This document shows positions 38,472 through 52,137 of a DNA stretch of 64,000 nt, piece by piece. The stretch is from the NCBI RefSeq assembly GCF_006345805.1, contig NC_043012.1:43276001-43340000 (forward strand), written 5' to 3'. Position numbers and translations under genes: made by a program. The notes under the pieces were generated by a model, which worked only from the letters and a program-made list of their open reading frames with translations, was not told the DNA's origin and searched no databases. The stretch's first letter is position 1, and every line of letters begins with the position of its first letter. Origin of the DNA: Octopus sinensis. Its lineage: Eukaryota.

Positions 38472-38690
38472 AAACAAATATTCAGACAAATACATAAAAA
38501 CACCAGGACTTACAAGCACATATAACATACAGAAAATTGCATTACTAGGCACTGCACACATCCTACGCAGAACACTTTCCATACAATAACCATCAGGGCA
38601 TCACAACAAATCACAGCACATACCTAAGGCACACAGAGCTGCGCTCGGTAGTGAAGTGAAAGCACGCTATAAAAATAAAATTACTGAATG
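38472..38690 (+). mobile_element. R4/Dong E7-family 3' end (short 5'-truncated copy)
   Basis: About five substitutions and one 3-nt gap versus about 23290-23505 by eye; followed by (AAT)n at 38687-38861. Confidence 0.9.
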
Positions 38691-38754
<64 letters not shown>

Positions 38755-38795
38755 TAATAATAATGATAATAATAATAATGATAATAATAATAATA

Positions 38796-38861
<66 letters not shown>

Positions 38862-38864
<3 letters not shown>

Positions 38865-39031
38865 GCCCTGATGCAGTACCAGGCAGTGGCTCTCATGGCT
38901 TCTGATCTTAACTGATTGGAAGTGTTATCATGTACATTGTTTTGTCTTGGTATAAAAGATGGGCTACAGCAAATATTCTGCTCAATACCACAGATTTGCT
39001 TGTCAGTTGCTTGACCGTAACCAGTTGAGCA
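38862..39031 (+). mobile_element. ~540-bp non-coding element, copy 4 (5' part only)
   Basis: Same start aatgccctgatgcag; cut off by the opposing R4 fragment. Confidence 0.8.
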
Positions 39032-40789
39032 TTTTTTACATTACCTCTCTCGCATTCCATACAGTCTTGCCATTTCCACTTTCAATTCGGAGTATTTGGT
39101 GTTTTTTTCAGCCTCCTTGCTCACAACAATATGGCTGCATCAATGATCTGACAGTATTTGTCTCTCTTATTCGATATGACAATGTCCGGCCGACGGTGTT
39201 CGATTACACGATCCGTCTGAAAATCATAGTTCCAGAGTATCGTTACTTTTACAACCTCCTGCATAACTTTACTTAGTACATGCTCATACAGTTCTCTGTT
39301 ACTTCATATTGGTATTTACAGCATAAGAAACAATGAAGATACACACATATTTTATCGTGGCGGCACTTGTATTCTTTTTGTGCTAGGCTCTCACATCCAC
39401 TTACCAAGTGCGTCAAATTTTCCGCACTCTTTCCCCAGAGTCTGCATTTCTGGGTGTCAGAAGTTTTATAGATGTTATTCTTCACTGACTTGGTAGCGAG
39501 AGCCTGGTCTTGTGCAACAATGATCAGGCTTTCGAGTGTACGCTTCAAATCACCTTGCTCAAACCATGTCCAAGATGTATTATCCTTAACGTCCTGTGTA
39601 TTCCTTTCAAACTGTCCCTGCATTTTCATTTCAAGAAGGTTTTCTTTTCTCTTCTCCTCAGCTCTTTGGTTAAACTCTTCCTTGGCCATCATTTCAACTG
39701 CATTTACACCCATATCTTTCGCGGCATATTGCAGTGGGTCTTCATCACTATTTAAAAAATACTCGGCAAGCGTTCTCCTTTCACTCCTTATACACTTGTC
39801 TATACTAATTAGTCCTCTGCCATCATTCTTTCTTTTCATATACAGTCTGCTTACGCTTGCTTTAGGTTGTAGCACCCGACGCAGCGTCATCAACTTTCTC
39901 GTCCTTCTAACCAGTGTTGATATTTCCTCCTTAGTCCATTTGGGGATGGACGCAACTGCCCAGATACTCATTGCGGTAATCAAATATTTGCCATTCAGGT
40001 TGGATTTCAACAGCATCTTCACCCTTTTTTGATACGCCTCGCTGACCTTGACTTTCATTTTTCTGTGTAGAATGTCATCCAAAATCTCTAAATATCTATA
40101 CCCACTACCGTTGGGTTCACCCATGGTCCCTCCTGCTGGTAACCGCAATCCTCTGTAGGATGCTTTCTTCTCTCTTTTCATACTGAGCATTTGGTAATCC
40201 CAATTTCCATACCGATGTCCCCACCACACTTCTGGACTGTTTTGGTTATGGAATCTATCTGTTTTTCCGATTTCCCAAATAATTTCAGATTATCCATAAA
40301 TAGAAAATGGATCAGTGATGGGCCTTTCTTCCCACATTGGTAACCCATCTTAGCTTTCCTAAGTGTCATTGTTAAGGGTATTTGTGCAATTACAAATAGT
40401 AACGGAGAAAACGAGTTCCCTTGGAAGATTCCCCTTTTAATATTAACTTCTCCAGGGAATACATTAGTTGAGTACAATTTGGTTTTCCACTTTTTCATGC
40501 TATGCATCAGAACATTTGTGATGTCAGAAACACCAAACATCTGCAGGCATTCAACCATCCAAGAATGAGGCATTATATCATATGCCATAGACATGTTTAT
40601 ATGATGTTTTTTACAATGCCTCAAAAACTGTTTTATCGATGACCAGGTTATCCTTGGTACTCTGAGTACTCTTTCTACATACTTTTTCTTTCCTTGGTAG
40701 TATTTCTTCCTGTGCCAGGAGAGTATATGTCTTTGCCGCACATATTCCAGTGAATATCTTCCATATTATGTTTAGGCATGCTGAAACGG

Positions 40790-40790
<1 letters not shown>
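39032..40790 (-). mobile_element. R4/Dong-clade element, degraded, minus strand
   Basis: YDIMPHSWM, GIFQGNSFSPLLF, LFMDNLKLF, AQDQAL, RHDKIC and RRPDIV. Its 5' flank is (ATT)n on +, i.e. (AAT)n on its own sense strand. Confidence 0.85.
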
Positions 40791-40820
<30 letters not shown>

Positions 40821-40842
40821 GTTATTATCATTATTACTATTT

Positions 40843-41055
40843 AAGGTGGTGAGCTGGCAGAATCGTTAGTACGCCGGGCGAAATGCCTAGCAGTATTTCG
40901 TCCCTCTTTACGTTCTGAGTTCAAATGCTGCCGAGGTCTACTTTGACTCTCAGCCTTTCGGGTCGATAAATTAAGTACCAGTGAAACACTGCGATCGATG
41001 TAATCGGGTAGTCTCCACCCCCAAAATTTCAGGCCTTGTGCCTATAGTAGAAAGG
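40843..41055 (+). mobile_element. SINE family B (tRNA-derived), full length
   Basis: A-box-like tggcagaatcg, B-box-like gagttcaaatgc, central cctttcgggtcgataaattaagtaccag and tail ggccttgtgcctatagtagaaa. Confidence 0.85.
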
Positions 41056-41065
41056 TCTATTATTA

Positions 41066-41107
<42 letters not shown>

Positions 41108-44100
41108 TATTATTATTATTATTTGTATTGTTGTTGTTTTTTTTTGTTTTTATTACTTCAGTCTATCGTGGTAACATTCTGCTCGCTTATTTCTAGTTGT
41201 TTTATAAATGTAATTGAAAGTAGTAATTTTTATTTTGGATTTTAAGTGGAGCTTGTATTATTTGTGTCATCTTTAAAAGAGGGATCGGGGCAAAGGCGCA
41301 AGCCCAATTAATACGAGACCTGCAGTATTTGGTAAGGGAAACAAGGGTCATTGGTAGAGATGTCAACTATTGTTTAGTAGTCCCTTTCGTGATAAAATGA
41401 GCAAGTGATCAGTTCAGCTGTAAAACTTAGTGACTAGTGGTCGGGTTGAATGACCATGTACATACGAATTCTTTTGGATCCAACAAAACTACAAAACAAC
41501 AATAGAACTGTATCTTGTAGAAGATACTGTGAGAAAGATCTTAAAGCTCAGTATCCAAGACAGATGTCTAAAAGTTGTCTTAACGGAAAGCTTTACAAAA
41601 AAGCAACTCAAAAAATCCTGAAGCTCGTCTGTCCTAGGGCACAACCCATGAGTCGGCAAATGAAATGGCCCTGTTCTAATTATCAGTAGCGAGCCCGGAA
41701 ACCTAAAATCCTCCTCTCTTAGCCACAAGCCGGTGAGCAGCAAAACAACAACTAACAGTGATCGATCAAGGAGTACCTGTCATAGCAATACCCACCCACT
41801 TATAAGGATGGAGCTCAGTTAGAAGACCGATAGAGACAAAGAAGCTTAGAAAAAAGCATAAAAGACTTAACTGATAAAAAATAAGCTATAAAAATGCGAC
41901 TCGAGGAACCCACATTTCATGAAGGAGAACCAATGTTCAGTGGGTGAATTAAGAATCCTGTCCGTAACAAAATTAAAATAGCAGACTTTCACAAGACAAA
42001 GTTTTAATAAGAGTCTTATACAATACATATTTTAGAAATATCCTGATGGAGAAGGAACATGCTTTAAATAACAGAAAAAAATAACAATACTTATATAAAT
42101 TTTGGATAGGCTTTACAAAATGTTATATTTCAATCATTTAGAAGAGAGTATAATACTTTATTCATCCGCTTTTCTTTCTTTTCACTCTGGCATCAATGGT
42201 CACGTCAATTACAATGCAGAGTTTCTATTTCTTATCAACGACTACACAACCTCGCTTCATCATTTTCCTTAGTGTGCATTTTTATTCTCACAAAATGGCC
42301 ATAACGCTGTGCACGTAAAATAAATTTTTTTTGAAAAATTCCTGTCAATTATACTTAACTTTTGTATTCGTTTTGAGCTAAATGCGAATATTCCAATATT
42401 GTTAGACAGAAACTGAAAGCAGCCCGTCGTGTATATTTATATATGTATATATATATATATACGTCACTAAAGTGACTGAAGGCATTAGTCAGCACCAGTA
42501 TTGCTACATGTAAGGGTTAAATCAACTGATAGCCTCAAGAAGCACTTATCTTAATCACTGACAAGGGAGGCAAGCTCCCTCAGCGTCTCGGTATAACCAG
42601 ATCTCAGTGATTTCGCATTTATATTAATGCTCGTCAGTGACTCTCACCGAGTGCCTTGGGTTAAATTCGCCTTGCTAGTTTATAAGATCCTCGTAGAAAT
42701 CACATGCTGATTTCCTAAACTGATATTATCCCTCACATTATGCTTTCTTTCGACTACAGTCCAGTAGTACAGTTAGCAGACTGTTATCACTGTAGATTCA
42801 TTGATTCTTGAATTCACCTCTGTTTGATAAGTTGTGCTTTTTTATTCAGTAGTATGTTCAAATATAGAAAGAAACCTACAATATCATTCTCCTCAATGAG
42901 TAGACTCTTTAGGAATGTCGGCTGAGTTACCAATGGCTCGATTTCGCCCTATTTAAATTAATCCATCACTGTGCCCCACTCTCCCATGAATCAATACTGA
43001 ACAATTATCCTTAAAAGATTTACAGAATCCAGCGAGACTGGTGGTTGTCTCCGTCGGTAAGACTAGTACCGTTTCGAAAAAGCATCAAAAAGAGTACAGG
43101 AAAATCTCCCTGTATTCTTTCTGTCGCTTTCCGCAAATAAACATTAATATTAACTTTAGAAAAATAAGGCGGTGAGCAAGCTGAATCGTTTAGCATGCTG
43201 GGCAAAAAGCTTCGCGGCGTTATGTCTTGAGTTCAAATATCACTTAAAGCATGAAAAAGATACAACAGAAGAATAATATATTTCATGAAATATAACGTCA
43301 ATGTAATACATGTATTACGTGGATGTAAACGCTTGATTTTTTTAAGGTTACGGGTAAGAAAATTGGGACTTTTCGGAGCATTTTCAGAATTAGGCAGAAA
43401 TTTCTAAGGGAAGACATCGCGAGAGGGGTTGGGGCGTGGGATGCATCGGGTGCGGCAAAGCACTGGCTAGCTTTTAAACGTGTATTTACCGGGTAGAGTA
43501 GAGGGAGGAGGATTGAGAGAAGGGGTGCGTGAGGTCTTGAGAAACATAGTCAAAACATTTCGCAATTCTCCTTCTTACAATAAATCTATGCAGAGATGGG
43601 AAGAGCAAGAAAAGTTTCTAATTAACGATATCAGCAAAAAAAAAAAGGGTTTATGATTTCTTTATAAAAAGGATAAAAGCAACACATATTACTATTATGA
43701 ATAATTAACAGCATTAAATAAGTATATTACATAAAAATAATATTATCAGCTATTTCATTGGGTCCGGAAGAAAAAATGTCTTAACGAGAAGAAAATCTCA
43801 TACTATTTATATTCAAACGAAGTCATATGTTTTCATGTTTCGATCTGCTCGCACTAATCATAGCATAGCGGTTTTCTTAGCTGGCTAGTAAGAAAAGCAC
43901 ATGTATTTTACTAGCATTGCCGAAGTGGAGTAATTTCAGTTCTTTTTTATATATATTTGAATATAATGTACACACCAATATTTCTCATCATACATCTATG
44001 TTTGGTTACTAGTACCTTATTCCCCACTATCTGTTGGCCAGTTTCATCAAATATCCGCCGTGGTGTAGTTATGTTTACTTTCCTCTCTCTCTCTCTCTCT

Positions 44101-44116
44101 CTTACACACACACGCA

Positions 44117-44180
<64 letters not shown>

Positions 44181-44550
44181 TATCCCTGTTTTCTATCTTC
44201 TCAGGTTCATCTTTGTATTGAGTAAAATCTATTGCATTTGTACATTTATTTTCCTTTTTCTGATCTTTTATTCTTTTACATCATTCTGCATTCTGCGATT
44301 CATTCAATCGCGCTACTGATGAGATATGCTTTGTTATTCATTATTACTCTTTAGGATACATTTGTCTTCGTATCAAGTTAAAAATATATTTATATGAAAA
44401 TATTGTAATATATGGAGCATATCAAGGAGTGTCATTGAAATCTGATATTTGTGAAACAGTTTCTATTTAATAGGACATAAAAAAAAACTGATTGTGATTA
44501 AACTTTTTTAATTATGTAATTGCAATTAGAGCGTTCTTTGGCAGCATTAC

Positions 44551-44707
44551 CTTTTAGACTCCCCTTCAGAGAAACCCATTTGTCTACAAGCTGTTTCAGC
44601 ATTATTTTGAGACCATTCTGTAGCACATATAACGCCGACTTTGCCATCAACAACAACTTCTACCCAGCCAGAGTTTGTATTGCCACCTCCCAAACGTAAT
44701 TGCGGTG
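44551..44707 (-). CDS. SRCR gene exon 7: N-terminal half of a split SRCR domain
   Basis: ttgtag|CACCG...AAAAG|gtaatg; LRLGGGNTNSGWVEVVVDGKVGVICATEWSQNNAETACRQMGFSEGESK; 157 nt, phase 1 to 2. Confidence 0.9.
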
Positions 44708-45619
44708 CTACAAATATAAAAAAAGCATACATCGTTCAGTTAAGAGTGTATACATCACTCTTAGCTGTTTATCAAAGGTAAAAGAAAAATGAATCATCAA
44801 AATCAACTTGTGAGAGATCAGTGAAATTATTTATGTCACAATCTGATGTTGTATGTGTTGTGGTTGAAATATATCCAAATCTGTTTTAAATATGTTTAAG
44901 ATAATACTAGAGATATTTAAATAACACCTATAACAAGTCGAATGAGAAGTAAGGAAATAATCAAAACTTTTAAGTTTCATTAATGCTATTATTTTCCTGA
45001 GGTTTGTATCAGGAATAAAATTGTGTTATTTTAGTGTAAAAATCAAAATTCGGTTTGGACAGTAACTCCATAAAATGATTTTAGAGGGTCGTAATGTGCT
45101 TCGGCTGGTAACAGTAGCATTTGATAACGAAACAAACACAATTTTAAGCGTTGAAAGCAATGACTTATTATTATTATAAGGCGCTTGACGCTCTGACGAT
45201 TCTGCTAAACCATCGCTTGAGCACGATTTAAATAAGGATAATTAGTATTAAATTAATATTAACCGTGATAATCTATTGTATGTTATATATTAAGCCATAA
45301 AGTCGAAATTTAATCCAGTGCGTTTTACATCACTTTCAGAATAATTTAACTGTCTAGTTCCAGTAACCCAACAATTTACTCTTTTAACTATTTGAACTAT
45401 AGTAATATAATATACAATAATGAATGCCTAACTTTAGCAAAAGGCTAGCCGAGAAGAGAGAAAGTCAATTAATCCGAATATAAAACTTTTTTATTGACCA
45501 TAGAGGATAAAAGGCAAAGCTAACTTTGGTTTTATTTGAATTTGGATAAAAATAAAAGAGAATCGTAACTAAATACCGTGAAGCATTTTCTCGGCTGCTC
45601 AATTAATCTGCCATAACAA

Positions 45620-46435
45620 AGAGATGAATTAGCAGACTTGATAGAGCATCGGATCAAATGTAATGTTTGTTTTGAATTGTTATGTTCCGAGTTCAAATAC
45701 AACTGTCAATAAATTTGCACTTCATACCAGTGGGGTCGATAAATTAGTGTACCCTTCAAGTACCGGGTCCATGTAATGGACTAATCGCCACCTCCAACTT
45801 TCTGGCCTTGTACCTATATTAGAAGCAATGAGCAAGGTGGAATCGTTATAGCAACAGAGAAAATGTCAGGTGGTAATTGCTCCGTCAATTACGTTCTTAG
45901 TTGAAATCCTGGCGAGGCCAAATTTTCCTTTCATCCATCTGAAGCCAATAAAATAAAGCTTCAAATCAAGTATTGTGGCCCCGTTTAATGGACTAATTAT
46001 CTCCCACAAGATTCCATTACATATGCCTATATTTGAAATAACTATTAATACCTTCTTGTGTGGTGGGTTGGCAAAATCTTTAGAGCATCGGACAAAATAC
46101 ATTTCGGTATTTATTCTGTCGTTTTTATGTTCTGAGTTCAAATTCCGTCAAGGTTAACTTTGCCTTTAATGCTTTCATGATCGATAAAATATTGTACCAG
46201 TCAAGTATGCGATCAATGGTAACGATTAATGCTCCTTCTAAGGAATGATAGAAATTATTAAGGATAGTGAATTGGAACAATCGTTAGAGCGTCCACAAAA
46301 ATAACTTGCAGTATTTTGTTTTGTTCTTGTTCTCCCAGGATCGCTAAAATGTAGTATCAATCGTTTATTGGAGTCCATTTTAATCAACTTACTCCTCCCC
46401 CGAATTTCAGGATTTGTGCCTATATTAGAAACAAT
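45620..46435 (+). mobile_element. Run of about four degraded SINE family B copies, head to tail
   Basis: Recurrent B-box/central motifs (gagttcaaat; tttcat...gtcgataaa; tgcctatatt(a)gaaa) at roughly 200-bp spacing. Confidence 0.6.
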
Positions 46436-46461
46436 TATAAGCAATAATAATAGTATACGTG

Positions 46462-46507
46462 ATAGTAGCAGCAGCAACAGTAGCGGCAGCAACAGTAGTA
46501 GTAGTAT

Positions 46508-46542
<35 letters not shown>

Positions 46543-46630
46543 ATAGTAGTAATAGCAGTAGTAGTAGTAGTAGCAGTAATAATAATAATAATAATGATAA
46601 TAATAATAATAAATAATAATAATAATAATA
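46462..46630 (+). repeat. (TAG)n-(AAT)n compound microsatellite
   Basis: Direct reading. Confidence 0.9.
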
Positions 46631-46809
46631 AATCTACTAAATTCTGCAAAATGTGGACGTGATTCACCAGAGAGTTAAAACTTGACATGCTAATATCAGG
46701 TGTGCTAACCGTCATCTTAATAACCAAAAGAATATGAAATTGACAATGAATAATGATGTATGAAAATTAAGTAGTACATGATAAATAGTGGAAAGAGTGA
46801 GAGAGTTAC

Positions 46810-47127
46810 CTTGAGTATTATAACAGAATGCGCCGGAAACAGAACTAGCTGTGAAATCAGAGACACAAACCTCATTGGTAACGTTGCATTCCTCTAAATT
46901 TGTCTCATAACCAGTACATCTAAAAGCCTTTGGTACAAAAAGTGGACCACTTTCCTTCCTTTCATAGCGAAGTGAAATCCCTCCTTTATAACCAAGCTGA
47001 TTACATATAACATGAGCATTGCTGTCTTGCCAATTCATGTTACACACAAAACCATCAACGCCTTCTTTGTTGACAATAATCATTCCAGCTTCTGGAATTA
47101 TCTCTCCTGAGAGACGCAGTGGTTTCT
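46810..47127 (-). CDS. SRCR gene exon 6: complete SRCR domain
   Basis: ctttag|AGAAA...CAAG|gtaact; LRLSGEIIPEAGMI...GFVCNMNWQDSNAHVICNQLGY...FRCTGYETNLEEC...GAFCY; 318 nt, phase 1-1. Confidence 0.92.
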
Positions 47128-48967
47128 CTAAAGAGAGAGAGAGTGTAAGAGAGAGAAAAAGAGAGGGGAAAATAGAAAGTGAGAGCGTTAAAGAATATTT
47201 AGAGAAAAGTGTAAGTGATAAAAAGCGAAAACCATAAAAATAGTTTCCCGTACTTATTATTAGAAATTCCTTCTAATCTAGGCACAAAACCAGCAACTTC
47301 GACCCCCTACTTCGACTCCGTACTTCGACTCCGTACTTCAACTCCGTACTTCGACTCCAGTACGATTTTATTCATCATCCAGAGTCTATAAAATAAAGTA
47401 CGAGTTAACTCAAAGTTGCTGGTTTTGATTTTAAATTAGAAATAATGATGATGATGCTGCTGCTGCTGCTGATAATAATAATAATGATAATCAAAATTTT
47501 AAAAAAAATTATTATTATTATTATTTATCATTACCAGCAGGGTCCTTTCATACGTTCAATTCAACGAATACAAAGATAGAGGACAAGTGAGAAAGGGAAG
47601 CAGACAAAATAATATTGAAAATAATAGAAAGAGGTTATTATTACTGATTAAATATTTCTTAATCAGTTGATGAGAATTTCTTTTGACTCATTCCATTAAA
47701 TATGTTAGCAGGCACTTGAATATATGTTCTTTATACAGAAGTCACTCCTGGGTAATTTTCTGATGTCATTATCTTATATTGCCAAGTCAATAATTATTTT
47801 CAGAAAACAATGTATTCTTAAAAGCATTTGTTAGTTACGCGTTTTCTGAGGATGTTCGATAAGACCGAAGAATGTCCGGAGTTATCACCATAGCTGTTAA
47901 GATTAGAGTAACCCATCACTGTGTATATCCATTTAAGTTTTAGTAATTTCGAAGTCTCTCACGCACTCTTTGAAAAGAAAACTAGCGACTTTTCATCTCA
48001 TTACACATATAATCTTAAAGATAATATGTTATATATGTTTTTTGGTCACTGCATTATGTAGCCCGAACTTAACTATATTATTTTATACATTAATAATTTG
48101 AATTTACCAACGCAGTTTTTTCAGTCTGTAGTTGATATAGCACGAGGCCGAGAGATTTATTTGTGCAGCAAATTGATGGACACACATCGAGTTCATGGAA
48201 AAGTGGGTAACATGAGTGGTAGCACTTATCGTTTATGGATAGAAATAAAACAAAAGACGTAGTGCAGGAAACTAGTGAAGCCACAGTTAATTCGGTTGTA
48301 GTGAAAATTGAATTATAAATAATATTAATAATGTACTTTGATAATCACAAGGGTTATAAATTCTGATATTGTATCATTGTTACCTTGCGAACATATTACA
48401 AAAGATTTTGTTTCGTTTGTTATATTTCAGGGTGGTAATTTTTTTGCCAAATAAACACACGCACTATATATTCGTTCTCCACTCGTTTATTATTGTGCTT
48501 ATTTTATCTTATGTCCACTGACTGGAAATCTTTCGTCACACACCTGTGGCCTCTTCAGCGACCCTTTCCATCCACGTATATCCACCTACTTCGCCTAGTC
48601 CATTCTCTTTCTTTCGTTTCAGCTTCGAGAATATTTATATAAAAAATCTGCTCGTGTTTGCATTTCAGGATGACTGGTTTATTTGAGTAGAGAGTATTGA
48701 TATTTAGAGATCTCGGTGTGTTACAGATCGCTTTATTCACTGCAAGAGCGTTCAGAATAATGCATCTGTGGTGATGGGGTTCGCAGAAACAATATCTTTC
48801 GGGTCAAAATATAGATCCAACCCGATAACACATTTCGTAGAAATTATTTTATTTTTGCTGCCATATAATTATATTTCGTATTTAATTTCCTGAATAGAAC
48901 ATTTTGGAGGAAGATAATTAGAAAACAAAAACTTTCTTGAAAGAGGGAGCAAATGTTTTAATCTTAC

Positions 48968-49306
48968 CTTCCTGCGTGCTGTTGTCATTAAGGCACATAA
49001 TACTAACATAGTCTTTATAAGGTTCACCGGCACAAAATGCCTTGGTGTTGTAGGGACAATCCAAAATAGAACTTTCATTGCCAGTACAATTAAGGTCTGG
49101 GCGGGTTAAATAAGGTCCGTGGTCTTCAAGAAAACCATATGTGTGTTGGGGAAACATAATTCCTCCTTTATAACCGAGCTCACGGCAAACGACTTGCGTA
49201 TCTGTTTCATCAAATCCCTCAGGGCACACCATATCCCATGCGTTATCAATGTTAATTTCCAATACTCCATGGTTATGTATTCGATATCCACTGTTAATTA
49301 TTCTCA
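48968..49306 (-). CDS. SRCR gene exon 5: complete SRCR domain
   Basis: ttttcag|TGAGA...GAAG|gtaaga; VRII...WDMVCPEGFDETDTQVVCRELGY...LNCTGNESSILDC...SIMC; 339 nt, phase 1-1. Confidence 0.92.
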
Positions 49307-49637
49307 CTGAAAATAAATCAATGTTATATTTATCTTCATTTAAGTACGTGTGTATGTATTCTATGTTAGTAACAATTTTATCACACGAATATTATATGTG
49401 TGTGTGTGTGTGCGTGTGCGTGTGTGTGCGTATGTGTGTATGCTTAAAAAGATTGAAAATGAGATTGTAATTACAACTATAAGTCGTTGGCATTAATTGA
49501 AATATTCCAGGATATTCAACAAATATGTTAATATACAGGAAACATTAATAAAAGCGCAGCAAAATAACTGACATTATATTAACGATATCAGCGGCTAGAT
49601 TTTGTTTTTCATATTTAATCACACACACACACACACG

Positions 49638-49668
<31 letters not shown>

Positions 49669-50518
49669 ATGCGCGCGCGCGCGCACACACACACGCACAC
49701 ACTCAGAAATGTGCGTTTTCATATAAATTTGAATGTAGATGCCCCAAGTAACCCTGACTGAGTAGACTTATGATTAAAGATATCCCAGCTGTGTCGATAC
49801 TATCTTTCTCTATCTAGTGAACCCCAGACCACGTTATACAATGTGCTCTGCTCTTTTAAAGACAATATAGTGTGATTTAAGGGAGATGTGTTTGCTACTT
49901 CCAGCAGATTAAGCAATAGATCAAGTAATAGATTATATGTATTTGCCACTATAATGCATTTTCTCGGTAAACTGGGAAGTTTTCGTCAAAACATGTAAAC
50001 GTATATTAACTCGTTTTAGCTTCACTGCAAACATCAATAAGAGAAACCTAAAAGATATAAGGTTCTGTATTAGTAGTAATTTTTTTTAAATGCACAAATT
50101 TCTTTCAAGTTTTCACTCGATGTATATCAAACGAGTATATCCTGTACGTAAACTATTTGAGTGCTGGAAATTTCACAGTTCAGAAAACTATTTCCATTAT
50201 ATCTAAGCTTTCTTAATCCGGATTACAATCGTTAGATGGTATTATTTTTGTTAGTATTTTGTTGTGATACGTTTGGTTTGGAAGGAGGCAAAAAATATTT
50301 CAAGACTTTCGATAATTTCTCACAAATATAATTTCCTTATGAGAACCAATTTACCTCCGCTAGGATTACATAATATTTCAATTGTTCTCCGTGTGTAAAG
50401 GTTTTCTTACTACTTTCCTAGGGGTAATTATTGTGGAATGTGGAAAAAAATATCATCAACTGTCAAATATTTTGTCAAAAGAATTTTTCTGAAAGAGAAT
50501 GAAAACAAAAACACGTAC

Positions 50519-50836
50519 CTTTATTGTAACAATGTACAGTGGCGTCGTGGTTGTTTCCACAACCAACTTCTTTTGTAATATTCCATCCAGTATTGGTGCA
50601 CTGAAATATTGATGTCTCGAAACCAAGACAACGCATATCTGACATAAATATAGTAGACTTGTAACGTTTCTTTAACGATCGCTGGAAACTTCCACCTATA
50701 TAACCTAGTTGTTTACATATAATATCAACGTCACCGTAATCCCAGTCTTCCACGCACAGAGATCCGCGTTGCCCATCGTAAATTATTTCTACTGCACCAT
50801 CATTTTTATCTCCTCCCACTAAGTGTAGTGTTAAAT
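50519..50836 (-). CDS. SRCR gene exon 4: complete SRCR domain
   Basis: ttacag|ATTTA...AAAG|gtacgt; LHLVGGDKNDGAVEII...IICKQLGY...MRCLGFETSIFQC...DATVHCY; 318 nt, phase 1-1. Confidence 0.93.
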
Positions 50837-51108
50837 CTGTAAGTAGAGATGAGATATACGACAGGCGATGAATAGGAATGGCAGAGGTTTGGAAGGAGGC
50901 AAAACAAGAAAAAAAACCGTCAACAGAAAATAACGATTTAATCAATAAAATTCTCAACACGTTTTTGCTTTTGCTTTTGTTTTCGGGATTGTTTAAATAC
51001 CATACCCTGTGTCTGTTACTTTATTTTGTGTTTTCGTATAGCTTTTCAATTTCTGCGCCGACAAATATCTATTTTAGAGAACCATAAGTTGAAATGAAAT
51101 ACTAAGGC

Positions 51109-51197
<89 letters not shown>

Positions 51198-51828
51198 AAT
51201 ATTGGGGGTTTGTGGGTGTGATGTTAAAGCATCGAATAGATTTTGTTCCTGCATTGTGCTCTGAGTTCAAATTCCGTCGAGGTCAAGTTTGACATTTGAA
51301 ATTTTAGTGGAGATAAAGTTCTACTGCAGGGTGGATGACTGGAAAAATTGTTACAGTGTCCGACAGGATGACCTTCGCCATCTTCTCTAGCTTTTTGCGA
51401 TCTGATGCTGCGCCTGAAACGACACTAATACCAAGCTATATTTGCAATTACTATCAATATCAATAGTAGAATTGCATGCATAGAAAATACAAAATACATT
51501 TAGCTAGACCTGCGTTATGAAGCGAGACTATCTATTGCGTATCGAATAATTGAAACAAAATATGATTTGGGAAATTGCAGTAACATTTGCATATGTTGCA
51601 ATTTAAGGAAAGCCATAGCAATGTTGAAAACACTCAAAATAGTGCAATGTCAACAGTATTAACCTCGATGCTTCATTTCACCTTATGGTTTTCAAGAGAG
51701 AAAAAAAAAAAACGATGTTTGTTGTTGCAGACATAGAGAATGCAATATGAAAACAATATAAAGTAAAACAATACCCACGGGATATAGAATTTAAAAGATA
51801 ACGAAAATAAAACGTAACATTAACTTAC

Positions 51829-52137
51829 TATGCTGGTAACACAAGACGTAGGTAGGAGTACAGCTAGCAAGGGAAGCCGGCTGTCCCCATCTGTCTATTA
51901 CACATTCGTCTAAACTGGTTTCGTTGCCACGACAAGTTAATGATGTTAACCAGTAAGGAATGTGACCTTCTTTTACAGATCCATATTGAACTCCACCCTG
52001 AAAACCTGCTGACCTACATGCAACTTGTGCTTCCTTCTCGTTGTTATATTCCCGACATACTTGGCCCCAAATACCTAAATGACGGACTTCAACGCGGCCC
52101 CAATTGTAGTCACCACCTCTCAATCGGAATGCAAAAG
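51829..52137 (-). CDS. SRCR gene exon 3: complete SRCR domain
   Basis: ttctag|CTTTT...CATA|gtaagt; FRLRGGDYNWGRVEVRHLGIWGQVC...LTCRGNETSLDEC...YVLCY; 309 nt, phase 1-1. Confidence 0.93.

Noticed and set aside
42500-43060. Solo LTR with PBS
   Set aside because: No second copy or TSD identified, and the putative PBS does not match a tRNA 3' end well.
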